From the NCBI GenBank assembly GCA_958009085.1, contig OY253677.1, positions 868,001-932,000 of the forward strand: a DNA stretch of 64,000 bases, written 5' to 3'. This stretch comes from Protoeuglena noctilucae (taxonomy: Eukaryota). Position 1 is the stretch's first letter. The number at the start of each line of letters is the position of its first letter. The position numbers were made by a program, and so were the translations under genes. The notes under the pieces were generated by a model. It had not been told where the DNA came from, searched no databases, and worked only from the letters and a program-made list of their open reading frames with translations. Shown one piece after another: positions 36,314 through 50,000 of this stretch.

Positions 36314-39300
36314 TCATCTCCTCGCCACGGCCATGGAGCTCAGCGCCTCCGCCAGCTCCACCCCCAGCCCCACCTCCGTCTCCACTGCCGCAAACGCCCG
36401 ACGCCCGGACGACCGCCTAGATGCGCGCCGGCCCCCGCTCCCCTGCGCCGCCGCCACCTCCGCCAGCCGCGAGATCGTCACCAGGCACGCCGCCCGGTCC
36501 AGCCGGGCCGCGGGGCTCTCCGCCATCGCCGGCCCAGATGTGGCCCACAGCGCCGCCCCCAGCTGCACCCGCCGCCATGCATCGCTAACGGACCACTGAC
36601 CCTGACCACTGCGCCCTGACTCGACACCCTCCCACGCGGTCATAGTCTCCATCCCACTCCCCGCATCACCCCCGCCGCGCACGCACTGCCTCAGCACCGC
36701 CCCTGCCACCACGTCCCCCGCCTCTGCCGCCACTGTCCGCTCGCTCCCCACTGCACTCCTCGGCTCCCCCTCCCCACCGCGACTGCCGGAGACGCTAAGG
36801 CAGCTATCCGCGTCGCCTGTCCCTGCCCTGGCCTCCTCCCCCAGATCGCCTGTCGAGTGACCGGGCCCCTCCGCACCCAGGCGCAGATGGGGCCGTTGCT
36901 TGGAGGGGACCAGGTGAGAGGGGTCCAGGGGCCACGAGGCAGGGGGCACGTCGGGCCGGGGGGCGCGGAGGACGTCGCACGCAGAGAGGGCCTCCAGGGC
37001 GGCAGAGAGGGACAAGAGGGAGTGGGGGTCATTGTCGTGGGGGTCGTGGAGTGGACGGCGCACTGCAGGGAAAAGAGAAGGAAGGAAGGGTTAGGTTCAT
37101 GCAACAGCACGGCTTGAGTATACAAAGGTGGGATTGTGTCCGCACAGCCAGGCAAATTGTTCATGCCCCACCTGCCACGTCTGCTGCCACTCCCCCATCC
37201 ACAGCGCCCTTTGCTGTGAACATCTCATCGTCCATACCCTCCATGCCGCGTGCAAGCAGTCTCTCCAGCACCCCCGACACCGTCACAGGGCCCCACGCAT
37301 CCTCGACCCCTGCCCCCGGCTCGCTTGCCATGCCCACCGCCACTGCTGTGGCTACCTCGTTCTCAGCAGCGCCACCGCTGTTAAGCACACCCAGCCCAGG
37401 GTCACCGTACCCCTCCGCCAGCCCCACTGTCCCCACACCACGCCCTCCTTCCCCGCCACCATCAGCAAGCGCCTGTGCATCAACGGGGTCGTTGCCTGGG
37501 GACGTGCGTGGTCGCTTGGCAGGGCTGGGTGTGCCGTCGCTGATGGGGTCCTCTGAAGATGCCTCGTCGCCATCTTCCTTGCCCACTCCCTCTTGCAGAT
37601 GGTGTGAGGAGTGGGTCTCCGTCACGGGCAGCGCATCGCGCACGGCAGCGGACCTGCAGAGGGACAGGGAAAGGAAGTGGGTGGGTGCTGACGCATAAAA
37701 TGACTAGTATCAACTGGTGCAACTGGCGCTGTGGAAAGGCCCAAGGCAATGCAACAACCAACACCCCCTCACCTCTTGGCGGCTCTCATGAGGACACCTA
37801 ACACGCCACGGCTCCTCCGCTCCTCTGCCCGCGCCTCCGCCCATCGCACCGCCGCCCCCTCCAGCAGCCGCAATGCCTCTGCCTCCACCGCCGCCAGCAG
37901 ACCCCCTCTCACCCGCACCCGTCCCCATGCATCATGCTCCGCATCACCCTCTGCCGCAAACGCAGCTTGCCCCACCCTCGCCCGCACCGGCGTCGTCCCT
38001 GCACCCTCTGCCACTCCACCCATGCCCTCATCCCTCATCTCCCACCCCACCCCACTGCATCGAATGCCGCATCAATGACCGACCCCACCGACCCATGACT
38101 CTGCCCTGTAGTGACGGCACCCCTGTTAGCCCCCGCCAGCCACAGCTGCGCCGACAGCAGCGCCCCCCGCACATCCCCCCCCGCCCCCCTTGCCACCGCC
38201 TGCACCTGACCCAGGCTCACAGGGGCCCCCATCGCCACGCACGCACACGCCACCACCTCCGCCACCTCCCCGTCCGTCGGGCGACCGAACCGCACCTCAG
38301 GCATTCCCGCTGCCGCCCCCAGGCACGCAGGCCTGGCTGTCCGGGCCGTCAGCACCACCGGGCGCTTCGTGCTCCCCACCAACTCTGCCAGTGCCCCCGC
38401 AAACCCCCTCTCATCCTCCCCCAGTGTGTCCACCTCCTCCAACACCAGCAGAGTCCGGTCCGCCGCACCCCCCGCACCACCCGCAGCAGCCCCTGCTGCA
38501 CCCACCCCACCCCACGCCCCCAACACCATCCCTGCCCCCGCTCCACCCCCCCGCTTCCCCACGCCCCGCGACTGCGACGCCTCCCCCACCGCGCGCAGCA
38601 GCCCCGCGCCCGTGCGCTCCGTCCCCGCATTCACCTCCAGGACGCGGAACCCCGCCGCTTTCGCGCACGCCCCGACTGACGCCGACTTGCCCACGCCCCC
38701 AGGTCCCCACACCAGCACCGCCGCGCACCCCGCCCCCATCGCCGCCTCCCCCGTCCCCTCCGCGCCCCACTCATCGTCGCTGGTGCTGTCGCCCTTGCCA
38801 CGCCCACGCCCCCGCCGCTTGCGCCCCCGCCCGCCCCCGCTCCTCTCCGGCACCCCCGCGCACCCCTGCCCGTCGATCCGCGTCCCCCCACTCCCGCAGC
38901 CATGCACACAGCGACTCTGCCGCCTCCTCATTCCCACAAACATCCGAGGGGTCCTCGGGGGCCACCGCGTCCGCCCACAGCAACGACCGATGTACGTGTC
39001 CAGAAGTGGGGGCAGTGGTGGCGTCGCTGGGGTGGCTGGGTGCGGCAGAGGGCGCGAGGTCCGGTCGGGTCGGGGAGGTGGCAGGCAGGGGCTGGCTGTC
39101 GTCATCTGTGTCGACGGGGATGGGGGCGAGGGCAGAGGGGTGGTCGCGGTGTGGCGGCTGCCACGGCTGCGCCTGGGCCGCCTCCGCCTCCCGTCTCTCC
39201 GCCAGCGCCCGCATCCGCTCCGCCCTCCTTGCCAGGCGCGCCTGCACCTCGGCTGCTGTGGATCGGGGCCCATCTGGGAGATGAGGGAGCGAGGGATGGC

Positions 39301-40719
39301 GTGGCACAGGGTTGTCACGTCAGCCGGCTGTGACTTGTTGTGGCTACCACATGGAGAGCATGGTTATGGTGAAAGCAGCCATGTTGACAGTACAAGCAGC
39401 GCGATACATCCCCGGTCACTTCAGCAACATGTTAAGACTTCGGGTGCCACCCACCTGGCGCAGTCGTGGATGCCAGCCACGCCGCCACTGCCGCCATCAG
39501 ATCCTCACGCCAGTCACCCGCCCCCTCCGACGAAGCACACGCAACTGCCGGCCCTTGTCCCCCCTCCACGCCCCCCCGCACGTACGCAAACGCGCCACTG
39601 TCGTCTGCACCAACCTCGCCCACTGACGTTGGCACGCCCAGCACCCGCGTTGCCACCTCGACCCCGCTGCTCCCCTCGCACCCCTCTCCAGCATCGCGCT
39701 CTTCGCCCTCAGTCCCCACATTAGTCTCCTCCCCCCACCCCACATGCACGGGCGGCAGCATGGGCCCCAGGACCCGCACCACACCCCCGTCATCCCCCAC
39801 CCCCTCCCCGCACCCCTCGCCACTGCCCCGCCGCTCCGCCGCCCCCTGCCGCGCCTCCCGCACCGCTCGGAAAAAGGCGTGGTCACCCGTCTTGCCCGCA
39901 TTCATCAACGCTGTCGCCTCCCGCTGCTGGGCTGCGAGGTGAAAGCATGGGGGCCACAGTGAGGCAGACAAGCGAGCGAGGCAGCCGCGAGCGAGGGGAG
40001 CATACACACACATACCAGGGAAGCAACACATGAGTGACTAAGGCAACACACCCACGCATCTACTTGGCCACACCGGTCGCGCCCTCACCCAGTTCCTGCA
40101 GGAACACCTCCCGTGCCCTCTGCGCCAGCTCTTCCCGCTGCGCCGCCTCCTCCGCTTCCCGCCGCCGCTGCCGCTCCGCAGGGGTCAGGAAGAACGTTGC
40201 GCCGGGGCGGCTGGCACCACGTGCTGCAGACGCCCCCGCCTCACTCTTCGCGCCCCGGCCCCGCATCCCCGCACCGGCGCCCCGCCCGCGCGTCGCTGCC
40301 ACGCCGACCACCTCCGGGCTCTCGCTGCGACGACCCTCCACCTCCACCTCGCTGCTGGTCCCATCAGCCGCACCCGCCTCGCCACCCCTGCCCTGCGTTG
40401 TGCCGGTCTCTCCAGCCCCGTCCGGCGCCTCCGCATTCGCAATCTCCCGCATCCGCTGCCTCGATCGGACCGCAGCGGCCCTCGTCGCGCGCCGGCCCGT
40501 GACAGCCTTGTTGCTGTCATCAGGGGCGGGCACGGAGGGGCCGGGGTCGTCCGCCCGGCCCTGCCGCAGCAGGTCGAACGCGTTCACCTGCCGCACCGCC
40601 GGCTCCGCTGGAGAATGTCGCATCGTAGCGCTCGGCCCGGGGCTGTCGAATTTGCCTTGCGGCGACGGACGCTCACGGGTCGAAGCGCCATCACTGCGGA
40701 GCAGGCTGGGAGTCGTCAT
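36314..40719 (-). CDS. ELG1/ATAD5-like RFC large-subunit paralogue (AAA+), with two apparent frameshifts
   Basis: LLWADAVAPEDPSDVCGNEEAAESLCAWLREW, Walker A region VWGPGGVGKSASVGACA, FRVLEVNA, GEASQS, LLVLEEVDTL, STKRPVVLT, GDVRGALLSAQLW. Confidence 0.75.
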
Positions 40720-41388
40720 TGGATGTAGTGCGAATGCCAGACCTTCTCAATATATACATGGGTGTTGCGGTTGCCATAACACACGTCCGCGAAGGCGCAG
40801 AATCGCGAGGCGCCTTCACAACGAGCAGCGATGCTCTTCAGGTGCCCCGCGCCGCGCGGTGGACAAACGAAGCTATCGATGGCAACGCGCATTGAGCCCA
40901 TGGGTCCTAGACCCTCCGCAAGATGATGTCAGCAGAGGGGGCGAGCGCGCACGGGCCCCTCACTCGTCGTGTTTGCCTTGCTCGGCCTGCGGCAGCGTCT
41001 GGGCCTGCGCGAGGGAGCCGGGATGCACCACCAGACACTCGTCATCATCTAAGTCGGGGTCCAACAGATAGCCTCGAAGGCCGCCCATCGGGAGCGTCGC
41101 CAAAGTTCAAATTCAAAGCGACAGCTGCATTCGTGCAGGGATTCGGGGGCAAGGCACGGCTCAAGACGGATGTGATGACTCAGGGGGGATGAGATGCAAA
41201 TGCCATCAGCCTCGAGGTCCTGCCGGAGCTTTCCTGCGAGTGCGCAAGGCCGTCAGAAAACGGCAACCTTACGCCAGACGGCTAAGCTTCCGTTTCCAAG
41301 GCCGGCAAGGAGCGCCATGGCGCCAGACCCCTCGATTCCTACTTGAAGCGGTGCCCATCACAGGGACAGCCATGCGGTAACACTGTAG

Positions 41389-41866
41389 ATGGCTCCGCGT
41401 GGCAAGGACGCTGCGCCAGCAGAAACAGGCGCAGGGGACGACGAGAAGAGGCGCTATGCAGTGTGGCGCGACGCATTGGATCAGGTGCACACCTCCTGCC
41501 GTCTGCTTCTCCCTGTGGGCGTGCAGTCCTGGCTGGTCCCCTGCCCGCACCCCTGAAACCTGACCCCTCTACCCGTCAGCAGCGGCGGGTGTCGCTCCAC
41601 TCGTCTTACGGGTGGGTTTTCGATCACCCTGGCACTCCGCAGGTGTCTTTAGCCAGGTGAGTGCTATCTCCTGCTCAAGCCCGATGGCTCGTGACGGCAC
41701 GAGCCATCCGTGTTGCGAAAGCTTGCGACTGCTCGTGACTCCCAGCTTCCTCGCGACACGCAGAGTGCATGTCCAGAAGGAAGATGCGAGATCGGACGTT
41801 GCAGGGGAGCTGAGCCGCGTCATCTCGGTCCTTGCCTCTAAAATCACGGAAGGGATGAAGCGATAG
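41389..41866 (+). CDS. Small three-exon protein of unknown function
   Basis: MAPRGKD...YAVWRDALDQ|QRRVSLHSSYGWVFDHPGTPQVSLAR|VHVQKEDARSDVAGELSRVISVLASKITEGMKR*, with GT-AG junctions in matching phase. Confidence 0.45.
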
Positions 41867-42078
41867 CTGCGCTATGCCTTGTGCCCGTCGCATGTAGTTG
41901 GATGGTGACCGTCGCGGCTCTGTCTGAGCCCCTGAGCCCCGGTGACGCCCCAGCAGCATGCAGAGTCGCCAGAAGGCGCTGGTTTTGGCGCATCGTGAGG
42001 CCACTTTTCCTCTCTAGGCCTGTCCGCGGCAGCCTGAAATCTCAATCGTAACATCGGAGACCGACATAGAGGCTCACG

Positions 42079-43088
42079 ATGGCGTGGCGCTCGGTGGCAC
42101 CCACCCTCGCACCTGCGGTCCAAGCAGCGGACCCGCCGCGCGCCCGAGGCCCGTTGCCATGCCATACGCGGCGCGTAGCGCTTGGTACCATCGCAGCTCT
42201 GCTAATCGCTGCTGGCGCGCAACGCCCCGCCTTCGCTGAGCTTGCGGAGGTGACGGATTAGGCTCAGATGGCACGCAGCGGCTCGTGGGAGGTGCCTTCC
42301 CTCACACTGGCGCTGGCGTCGCACCTCGCAGGCGTATGCGGTGGAGGAGGTTGCATCGGCAACGGAGCAGGAGGAGGCCGCGCCGGCCCCTGAGCCCGAG
42401 CCGTTCTTCAAGATGTTCCAGAGCAAGGAGAAAAACGGATACTCGTTTGAGTACCCTCGCACGTGGAAACAGATATTCGACGAGTCGGCCGGGAACCCGA
42501 TGGGGCAGCAGGTGCTCCTGAGCGACGAGGGGGGGATGGACACAGTGACTGTGACCAAAGTGGACGTCACAGGCGCTGCGCTGGTGCCGGACGCGCGGGG
42601 CCTGGCCGAGTACCTCACCCAGGGATTCAGGGACGACGCCACGACGGTCCAGTTCGACGTGGTGACGGGGAACGAGGTGGACGAGGAGCCGGGGAGGTGA
42701 GGGCGGGCGGCTGCCTGCGCTGGGGGGCTCTTTCGTGCGCAGATGCCCGCTGCGGTGTCGCGCATGCGCTGAGCGACGTGTCGACATCGACAGCTGCACC
42801 CCTCGCAGGTTCACCTTTGAGTTCGAGATGTCGACGTGCAAGGGGGGCTGGGTGGAGGAGGACTTGGATGGCGTCCGCTTCTGCGGCGGCGCTGGGGACC
42901 AGCCGATCAAGACCCTGGACCGCCACTACGTCGGGGCGACGGTGCTGGGCCTCGAGTCGGAGGAGGCATGGGTGCTGACTGCGGGGACGACCGAGGAGCG
43001 TTTCCCGGAGATGAAGGGCCTGCTGAAGGAGATCGTGGCGAGCTTCTACGTGCCGCAGGAGTGGGATCTCGACATCCCCGTGTACTGA
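42079..43088 (+). CDS. PsbP-domain thylakoid lumen protein
   Basis: Twin-Arg signal TRRVALGTIAALLIAAGAQRPAFA, GYSFEYPRTW, FTFEFE, and C-terminal EERFPEMKGLLKEIVASFYV. Confidence 0.7.
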
Positions 43089-43402
43089 CGACGCCGTGCT
43101 TGAGAGACGAAGGGTGTACGTTTGCCACCCCACGTGCCTCGCTCAGAGGAGAGTGCCGCGTGTGACGGTGTAGGGGAGTGGTGTAAGGGAGTGCAACTCC
43201 TTTACAGAGAGAGAGATGCCGTGCCGATGCTGTGACGCATGCTGTTGACATTGTCTGGGCCCTTCGCGACGTGTGCTGCACCCGTCCCCTAGCCCGTTCT
43301 GCTGATTGAGTTAACACAACAAGACGTGTGCTTTGTGACTCTTCTTGAACGATATCATTAATCACTTCATCAATCACTGTCATAGACTCGAGCCAGCACC
43401 CA

Positions 43403-44638
43403 TCATCCCGACGTCTTCCACACGATGCCGTCCAGCTCCCACCGCTCCCCGTCCCCCTCAGCCACGTACACACGCAGCGACCGCAGTGTCGTCCTCTTGG
43501 GGTCATCCCCCGCGGCAAACAGCGACCGCCCGCCGTCCGGCATCCGCGTGTAGAACGTGCCCAGGCGGCTCCGAGCCACCCTCTCCTGCAGCAAAGCAGC
43601 ACGCCTTTGGTCACATGAACAATGGCACGTGCATGAACAATGCCACACAGGGACTGTGTCTTACCACCGCCAGCTTCCATGCATGCATGAGCACCACCAG
43701 TGCATGCCCTCACCTGCCCCCGCTCCATTCGAATTGTCAGCCCCTCCGCCCCAAACTGCGGTCCCTCCCCTGGGGCGTCTTTGGTCACCGCCAGCGACGG
43801 GCCCCCGACCTTGGGAAGCTTCACGGCGCGCTGCGTCAGGTCGCCCGTGGGCCAGGTGAAGAGGAACGCCGCGATCGAGTCCCTGAGGTGCAGGGTGCGG
43901 TGTTCAACCTATCAGTCACCCTATCTGGGGTGGCAGCGAGGTTGGCATTCGGGGACACGAGCAACAGCGTCGCATTGAACACACAGCCATGCTGCCATGC
44001 TGCCTCGCCTGTCCCCCAGGCCGATCCAGCCCCTCGGATTGTACCCCCCACACACCGCCCCCCCCTCGGTCTCGGCCAGCACGACGGCGGCGCCGAAGCT
44101 GTCCACGCGCGCATGGAACGCCTCGGGGCTCCACCCGTGCACTGCCGCGTCGTAGGCCAGCCGCAGAGGGCGACACTCCAGCTGCGTGCGTGCCAGGAGA
44201 GGCCGTATGCGCAACATTTCCACATCGTCCCCCTCGACCGGCTCCGCAAACTCTGTCGTCGTCGCCGGGTACATCTCCGGCGCCGCGTCCTCGTCCAGGC
44301 GCTTCATCCCCGCCGGATTCCGGTCCTCCAGCGCCTTGCGGCCGAAGAAACGCTCGACGAAACGCTCGATGGGATCTAGCTCTTCGCTCTCCTGCGCGTA
44401 TACTAAGTATAGATTTCATCGCTGTCGACGAGACGGGGACAGACGAGCTGCAGCGCTCGGGTGGCGGGCCGTGACACACCTTCGCCGTGACCACCGTCCT
44501 CGGTGACCGGACGGGCGATCGCTGCGCCCAGGTGCGCGCGATAACCGTGGGTCGGCTCAATGCGCACCGATGCGACGCGTGTGTGAGGCAAGGATGCCTT
44601 ACCCCTGCAGCAACGCTGCTTTTCGCTACGCTCCCCAT
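43403..44638 (-). CDS. TLDc-domain protein, likely plastid-targeted
   Basis: LRLAYDAAVHGWSPEAFHARVDSFGAAVVLAETEGGAVCGGYNPRGW, AFLFTW, KLPKVGG, GPQFGAEGL, ARSRLGTFY. Confidence 0.85.
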
Positions 44639-44802
44639 GCTCGTCTCTTTCAAAGGCGTTGCGAGCTGGCCTCTCCTCTCCGGTTGGTGCGAGAGCTAGT
44701 GCGGAAGAGGGGTAGCCAAAATGGGAAAGAAGCATAGCAGCAAGCCCTCCTGGCAGCGCCAGAACCGACGTGCTGTGGACAGTCACAGGGTGTCATGCGC
44801 TG

Positions 44803-46556
44803 CTACAGGAAGGTCCACTTCCACCCTAGCGCGACCGTCAGCGCCGTGCCCTTCTCCGACTGCGTTGCCACGATCCCCGGCGTCAGCGTCAGGCCGTCCC
44901 TCAGCGGCTGCGTCACGCTGACCTCGGCCGTCCACCGGTCGGGGCGGTCGTCCGCCATCACCTGCGAAACGAGACGAGGACCGCGATCGCAAATGCCATG
45001 ACAAATTTTGCAAGAGAAACGTGTCCCACGGCGTAAGTGCTCGCATGCCCTGCCGGCCCTCGCCTGGTCCATGCAGGCAGCGGAGGGGCGGCGGCGCCCG
45101 ATGGCAGCCACCATCACCCCGCCGTCCACGACGGGCCGCGTCAGCTTCAGACCCCACTCCACGCTGTCCGCCAGCGACCGCCCCCGGCGCAAATGGTCCC
45201 CGCACGCCAGCACCCAGCCGTTGACCTGGGCGCCGCCCCGCCCCACGACGGCCGCGAAGGCCCCACCGATGCGGGTGCGCACCAGCGACAGCGCCTCGGT
45301 GGCCCCGCCCTGCGATCGGGGCCGCGCCGCCGCCGCCGCCAGCGCCCCCAGCAGCGGCAGCATCTGCCGCCCCAGCTCCTGGGACCCCCCGGCCGTGTCG
45401 AGGCGCTGCGCCATGGCCACCGCGGACATCGACACCCACGGGCGCGGGGCCACGCACGCCTGCGCCAGCACCGACTGCACGAGGCCGGACAGGGGCGCGT
45501 CGCGGGCGCGCGTGTGGGCCGCCAGGCTCACGACGGTCGGGCCCAGGCCCCGGACGTCCGCGCGCGCCTGGATCGCGGCGCCGGGACCCTCGGCGAGCTG
45601 GTGCGCCGTGCACCCCTCCCTCGTCAGCTCCGTCAGCCCCAGGCCCTCCGCGGGGTTCAGCGTCGGCACCGCGTCCGAGGCACGGCAGCCGCGGGGGGCC
45701 ACGAAGAGGTCCCAGCCACGTCGCAGGGAGGCACTGGGGGCAATGGAGACATGGCGCGGCCGAGTCACGGAGACGGATGCGATGGGCACGGCACGTACGC
45801 TCAGCAGCTCAGCAGCCATCGCCTGAGCCAGATAGATTCCGTCACTGCTCACCGGATGAGGATCTTGTCGACCTGGAAGGCAGGCTGCAGGAAAGAGCCC
45901 GCGGCCTGCACCGCGGCGTAGAGGGGCCCCCGCGCCCGGTCCCCCACTTCGGCACGCACGCGCACCTCGTAGCCCATGTCCAGGCCCTCCTCCCTGCGCG
46001 CAGCGACGATCGATGGGCCGCCCAGGCATTGACACATCGACACTTTGGTAAAAAACTCGCTAAGTTTGATTCCAGTCGACACTCACGAGGCGAAGGACGG
46101 CTCGCCCTGGCGTTCTGGGTCCCAGGGCTGGAGGCCGTGGGCCAGGGACAAGTCCGCGGAGACCACCGCGGGCGACGTCTGCGTGCGGCCGACGCCGCCC
46201 GGCGCTGGCGCGCCCTGGCTCTTGATCAAAAGCAGCTGCGGGCAGAACCATGTTGCGCTTCATTCGACGAGCTGCCCGGTCGGCGCTCCCCGCTGAGTCC
46301 CAACGACCTTTGCCCGATGAGTCACCTCGTGAAAGGCATCGCGCTGCATCCGCTTCAGCGCCTCGATTTCCTCCCTGTGCTCGTGCATCACGTCCTGCAG
46401 CTGCCCTACGGGCCCAGTGGTTCGCCGCGTGGCGGATTTGGCACCCAGGAACGCCGATCCCCCCGCGATTACGCCGCCCGCCACCACCAGAGCGACCGGG
46501 CGGGTGGTAATCGACGCGCGACCCGACGGGCCGGGCGACCCCCCCGCTGCGCGCAT
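44803..46556 (-). CDS. Unknown membrane protein, candidate OprB/cyanobacterial-porin-like beta-barrel
   Basis: N-terminal hydrophobic segment plus coiled-coil-like LQDVMHEHREEIEALKR, amphipathic beta-strand-like segments, and C-terminus WTAEVSVTQPLRDGLTLTPGIV...LTVALGWKWTFL*. The gene is well supported; the function is inferred. Confidence 0.55.
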
Positions 46557-47073
46557 CGCGCTAGGACCGCGCCCCCCTGCAAGCGCGACATGCAGGATAT
46601 GTAGGCAGCGGTGTCTTCATTGACTTTCTCACGCGCTCAGCTTGTCCCATTTGACGGGACACGAAGACCAAAGAGAGCGATGGCGCACGCGAACTTCTCG
46701 ACGCATCGCAGAGCACACGACACAACTGTCAAGCACCGCGGGTACGCAAAAGGCAAACCTATAGCCCTTAGCCCACAGCCGCGGACACACCGCGACCCCC
46801 ACCGTCGCGCCCCGCGCGTATTTGAATCCCCGGGCCCCTCATGCGCGCCCCCGTCACTCCCTCGCGTCTTTGCGACTACAACGGCACAGCTAAGAGAGTG
46901 GGAGCGCGAGGACCGGCGAAGGGGTGTGTTGAAAGGCAGGCCCACTGATGACACGGATCAAACACTCGATTTGTTCGCCATTTGTTGAGTCTGCCGGTGC
47001 CACCAGAGGCGAATGCGCGTGTATTGTCCAAGCCAACTAGTGCCTGGCGTGCCAGTGACACAGACATCCATCT

Positions 47074-50000
47074 TCAAACGTCAGTACTGGCAAGTGCGGC
47101 CCGTGCTGCCCGCTGTGCCTCCCTGAAGCTCTCACCCGCCCCCATCTCTACCGCCGTGACTGCCTGCCGCACAGCCGCGGCCAGCTCATCCCCTCCACTG
47201 GCACCCTCCAGCCTGCGTCGCTTCGCCCCACGCTCTACCTCCTCCCCCGTCAGCCAGCCCCCCTCCAGTGCCTCCCCCACGGCCCTCGCGCGCTCCACCA
47301 GGGTCACCGGCAGCCCCGCCAGTCGCGCCACCTCGTATCCGTGGCTCTTGGGACAGAGGCCCGGCACCATCTTGTACAGCAGCACCAGCGTCGCCTCCTC
47401 GGCGTCGCCCCCAGCCACAACCTGGCAGGCCATGTGGCGCAGGCTCACGCGGGGGTGCCCTTCGAAGGCACGCGCCAGGGCGTGGAAGTGCGTGCTGAAC
47501 ACCACACGCGGCACCACGTGTGCAGTGGGCCTGCTGCCACTGCCACTTCCACTGCCACTGCCGTCCCTGGGGCCTGCGAGGTGGCTCAGCACGGCATGGG
47601 CGATGGCCGCACCGTCGTGGGTGCTCGTGCCGCGCCCCAGCTCATCGAGGATGACCAGAGCGTCCTGGTCCGCCGCGTTGAGGACGGCCGCTGCGTCCAG
47701 GCACTCCTCGTGGAAGGTGCTGGAGCCAGCCACGAGCCTGTCCCCCGCGCCCATGCGCACAAAGACGCGCGACACAGCCGTCAGCTCGCACGAGGCCGCG
47801 GGGACCAGGCTCCCCGCCTGCGCCAGGATGCAGCAGAGCGCCACCCCGCGCATGGCTGTCGACTTTCCTCCCATATTAGGGCCTGTCACGATCACCACAG
47901 GCTCCGTGTCGCGCCCCTCGCCCCCCAGGCGAATGTCATTGGCCACGATGCCCCAGCTGGCCCCCGGCGCCCGCCCCGTCAGCGCGCACGAGCACAGGGG
48001 GTTCCAGAACTGCCCGAGCGCGAGAGAGGGCGGCCCCGCACCCTCGCGCCCCGCCGTCCGGGGCAGCACCCGCGGCCGGCACACCGGCCCATTCGCCTGG
48101 CACGACTGCGCCCACGCCGCCAGCGACCCCAGGGCGTCCAGGGTCGACACCGCACGCTCCAGCCGTTCCCAGTGCGACGACCAGGCCAGGAGCGATTCGA
48201 CCAGGGACGTGGTCAGGCGGACCTGGTGGGGAGGGAGCAAAGGACGAGTTCAGCTGTCACGATGGATCGTGCCACCTCGCCCCTGCTCGCAGGCCCCTCA
48301 CCTCCACTTCCATGCGCCCCTCGTCGCTCGCCAGGTCCTCGCCCTCCTCCGCCGCCCACGTCCGCACCCGCTCCTCGCTCAGCTCCACGCTCTCTCGCGC
48401 CCCACGCCCACCGCCTCCCGCACGCAGGGCGCTGGTCACACACCCCAGCGCCTCCATCGCACCCATGCCTCTCAGCTCGTCCCCCACCGCATAAACCGAC
48501 TCCAGCACCGCCGGCAGGGCATCCCCGGGACCTGTAAGGACAACAAAGTTTGATTTCCATCGGAAAGCGGCATCAGTGCAGGCGATGTGCTGCCACCAGT
48601 TACACAAGTGAGGTGCTCGTCTCACCCATGGTGAGCCCCATGTCCCTGGCGGCAGCCTCCAAGGCGTCCACAGCCGCTGCAAGAGTATCAGCGATGGACC
48701 GCAGGCACCGGAGGCGGCGGCTCTGGGCGCGGGACTGGACGTCGACGGGGAGGGCTGCGAGGGGCTCGGCCACGCATCGCCTGCAAAGGAAAGCAGACGT
48801 TTCGTTGCTTGGGCGAGGAGCATAGTGGCAGCGTGGGTAAGTGACGGTGTGGCGAAGCCCATAGGTGCCTCAGAGCTCACCTGAGGATGCCCATGGAGCG
48901 CACGAGGTCGTGGCAGGGGCGGAGGGCATTGCGAAGGGAGGACCCCGCGTCGGGGAGGGCGAGGATGGTTTCCACGCAGTCCAGCCGACGATCGATGGCC
49001 CAGGGGTCCGTGAGAGGGGAGAGAATCCAGGACCTGAGCAGAGAGCGGGGTGTGAGGCAGTGCTTGGCACCCTCGGTGCCGGGTCGACGGAAACGTCATC
49101 ACATAGAAGCACACCCCAAATGAGAGCACGTTCTTCTTTGACCCTCTCTCACCGCACGGTCGCTGATCCCCCTGCCGTCACGCACACGTCCACGCGCGAC
49201 AGCAGCCCCCCAGGTCCCTCAATCGTCAGGGCCTCCAGCGCGGCACCGTCCATCGCCAGGCGCGGGCCCAGCGATGGTGGCGCCCCTGCACCCGGCGTAG
49301 GCGACGCGGCAGGCCCCGCCTGGGCGCTGGCATCCTGGGGACCGCCCCCTGCCGCGGCAGGCTCAATGGCCACGCAGGAAAAGGCCCCCTTCAGTTCACA
49401 GGCACTGCGCATGCGCTGCACGTGGGCCAGCAGTCCGCACAGGGCGGCCTGCGCCCCCTCGTCCGCCGACAGCACCGGGGCGGGGAGTGCCGTGGGGCCC
49501 AGGACCGAGGCGGCGAGGGAGGGGAGCATGCGGGCGACGTCTGACATGCTGCGAGGGCGGGCGAGGAGGTCAATGTCATAATGAGGAGCAAGCGGTGTTG
49601 AGCAGCACAATGTGTCCCAGTGGATCTTCTCAGCAAGCCTGTGCCGCACCTGGGCGTCTCGTCGCCCAGCCACGACACCTGCAGAGGCACCGGCGGCGCT
49701 GCCAGGAGCCTCCGCGTCGCGTGGGTGGCCCCCGCCATGAGAAGAACCTCGCGCGGTCGCAGCCGGGTCAGCACCGCGCTGAGATTCGCGCGGGACATGC
49801 CCTCGTCTGATGCCAGCCCCAGGACCACCCGGCCGCGGTCAGCGTCCAGAAACGCCAACCCAAAGGACGAAGCCTGGACGGCAGCGTTGGCGCCGACTGG
49901 GGTGCGCTCGTGCACGCACAGCAGCCCCCCGCGCACGTCAGCCACCCCGCGTGGCGCGTCCGCCGCCTCCTCCCCCACCGCCTGCGCCCCCGCTGCGGCC

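Noticed and set aside
40055..40075. Apparent in-frame TAG after ELG1 exon 1 as evidence of TAG recoding
   Set aside because: A phase-1 GT donor (ACC G|GTGTGG) just upstream matches the next acceptor and removes the TAG.
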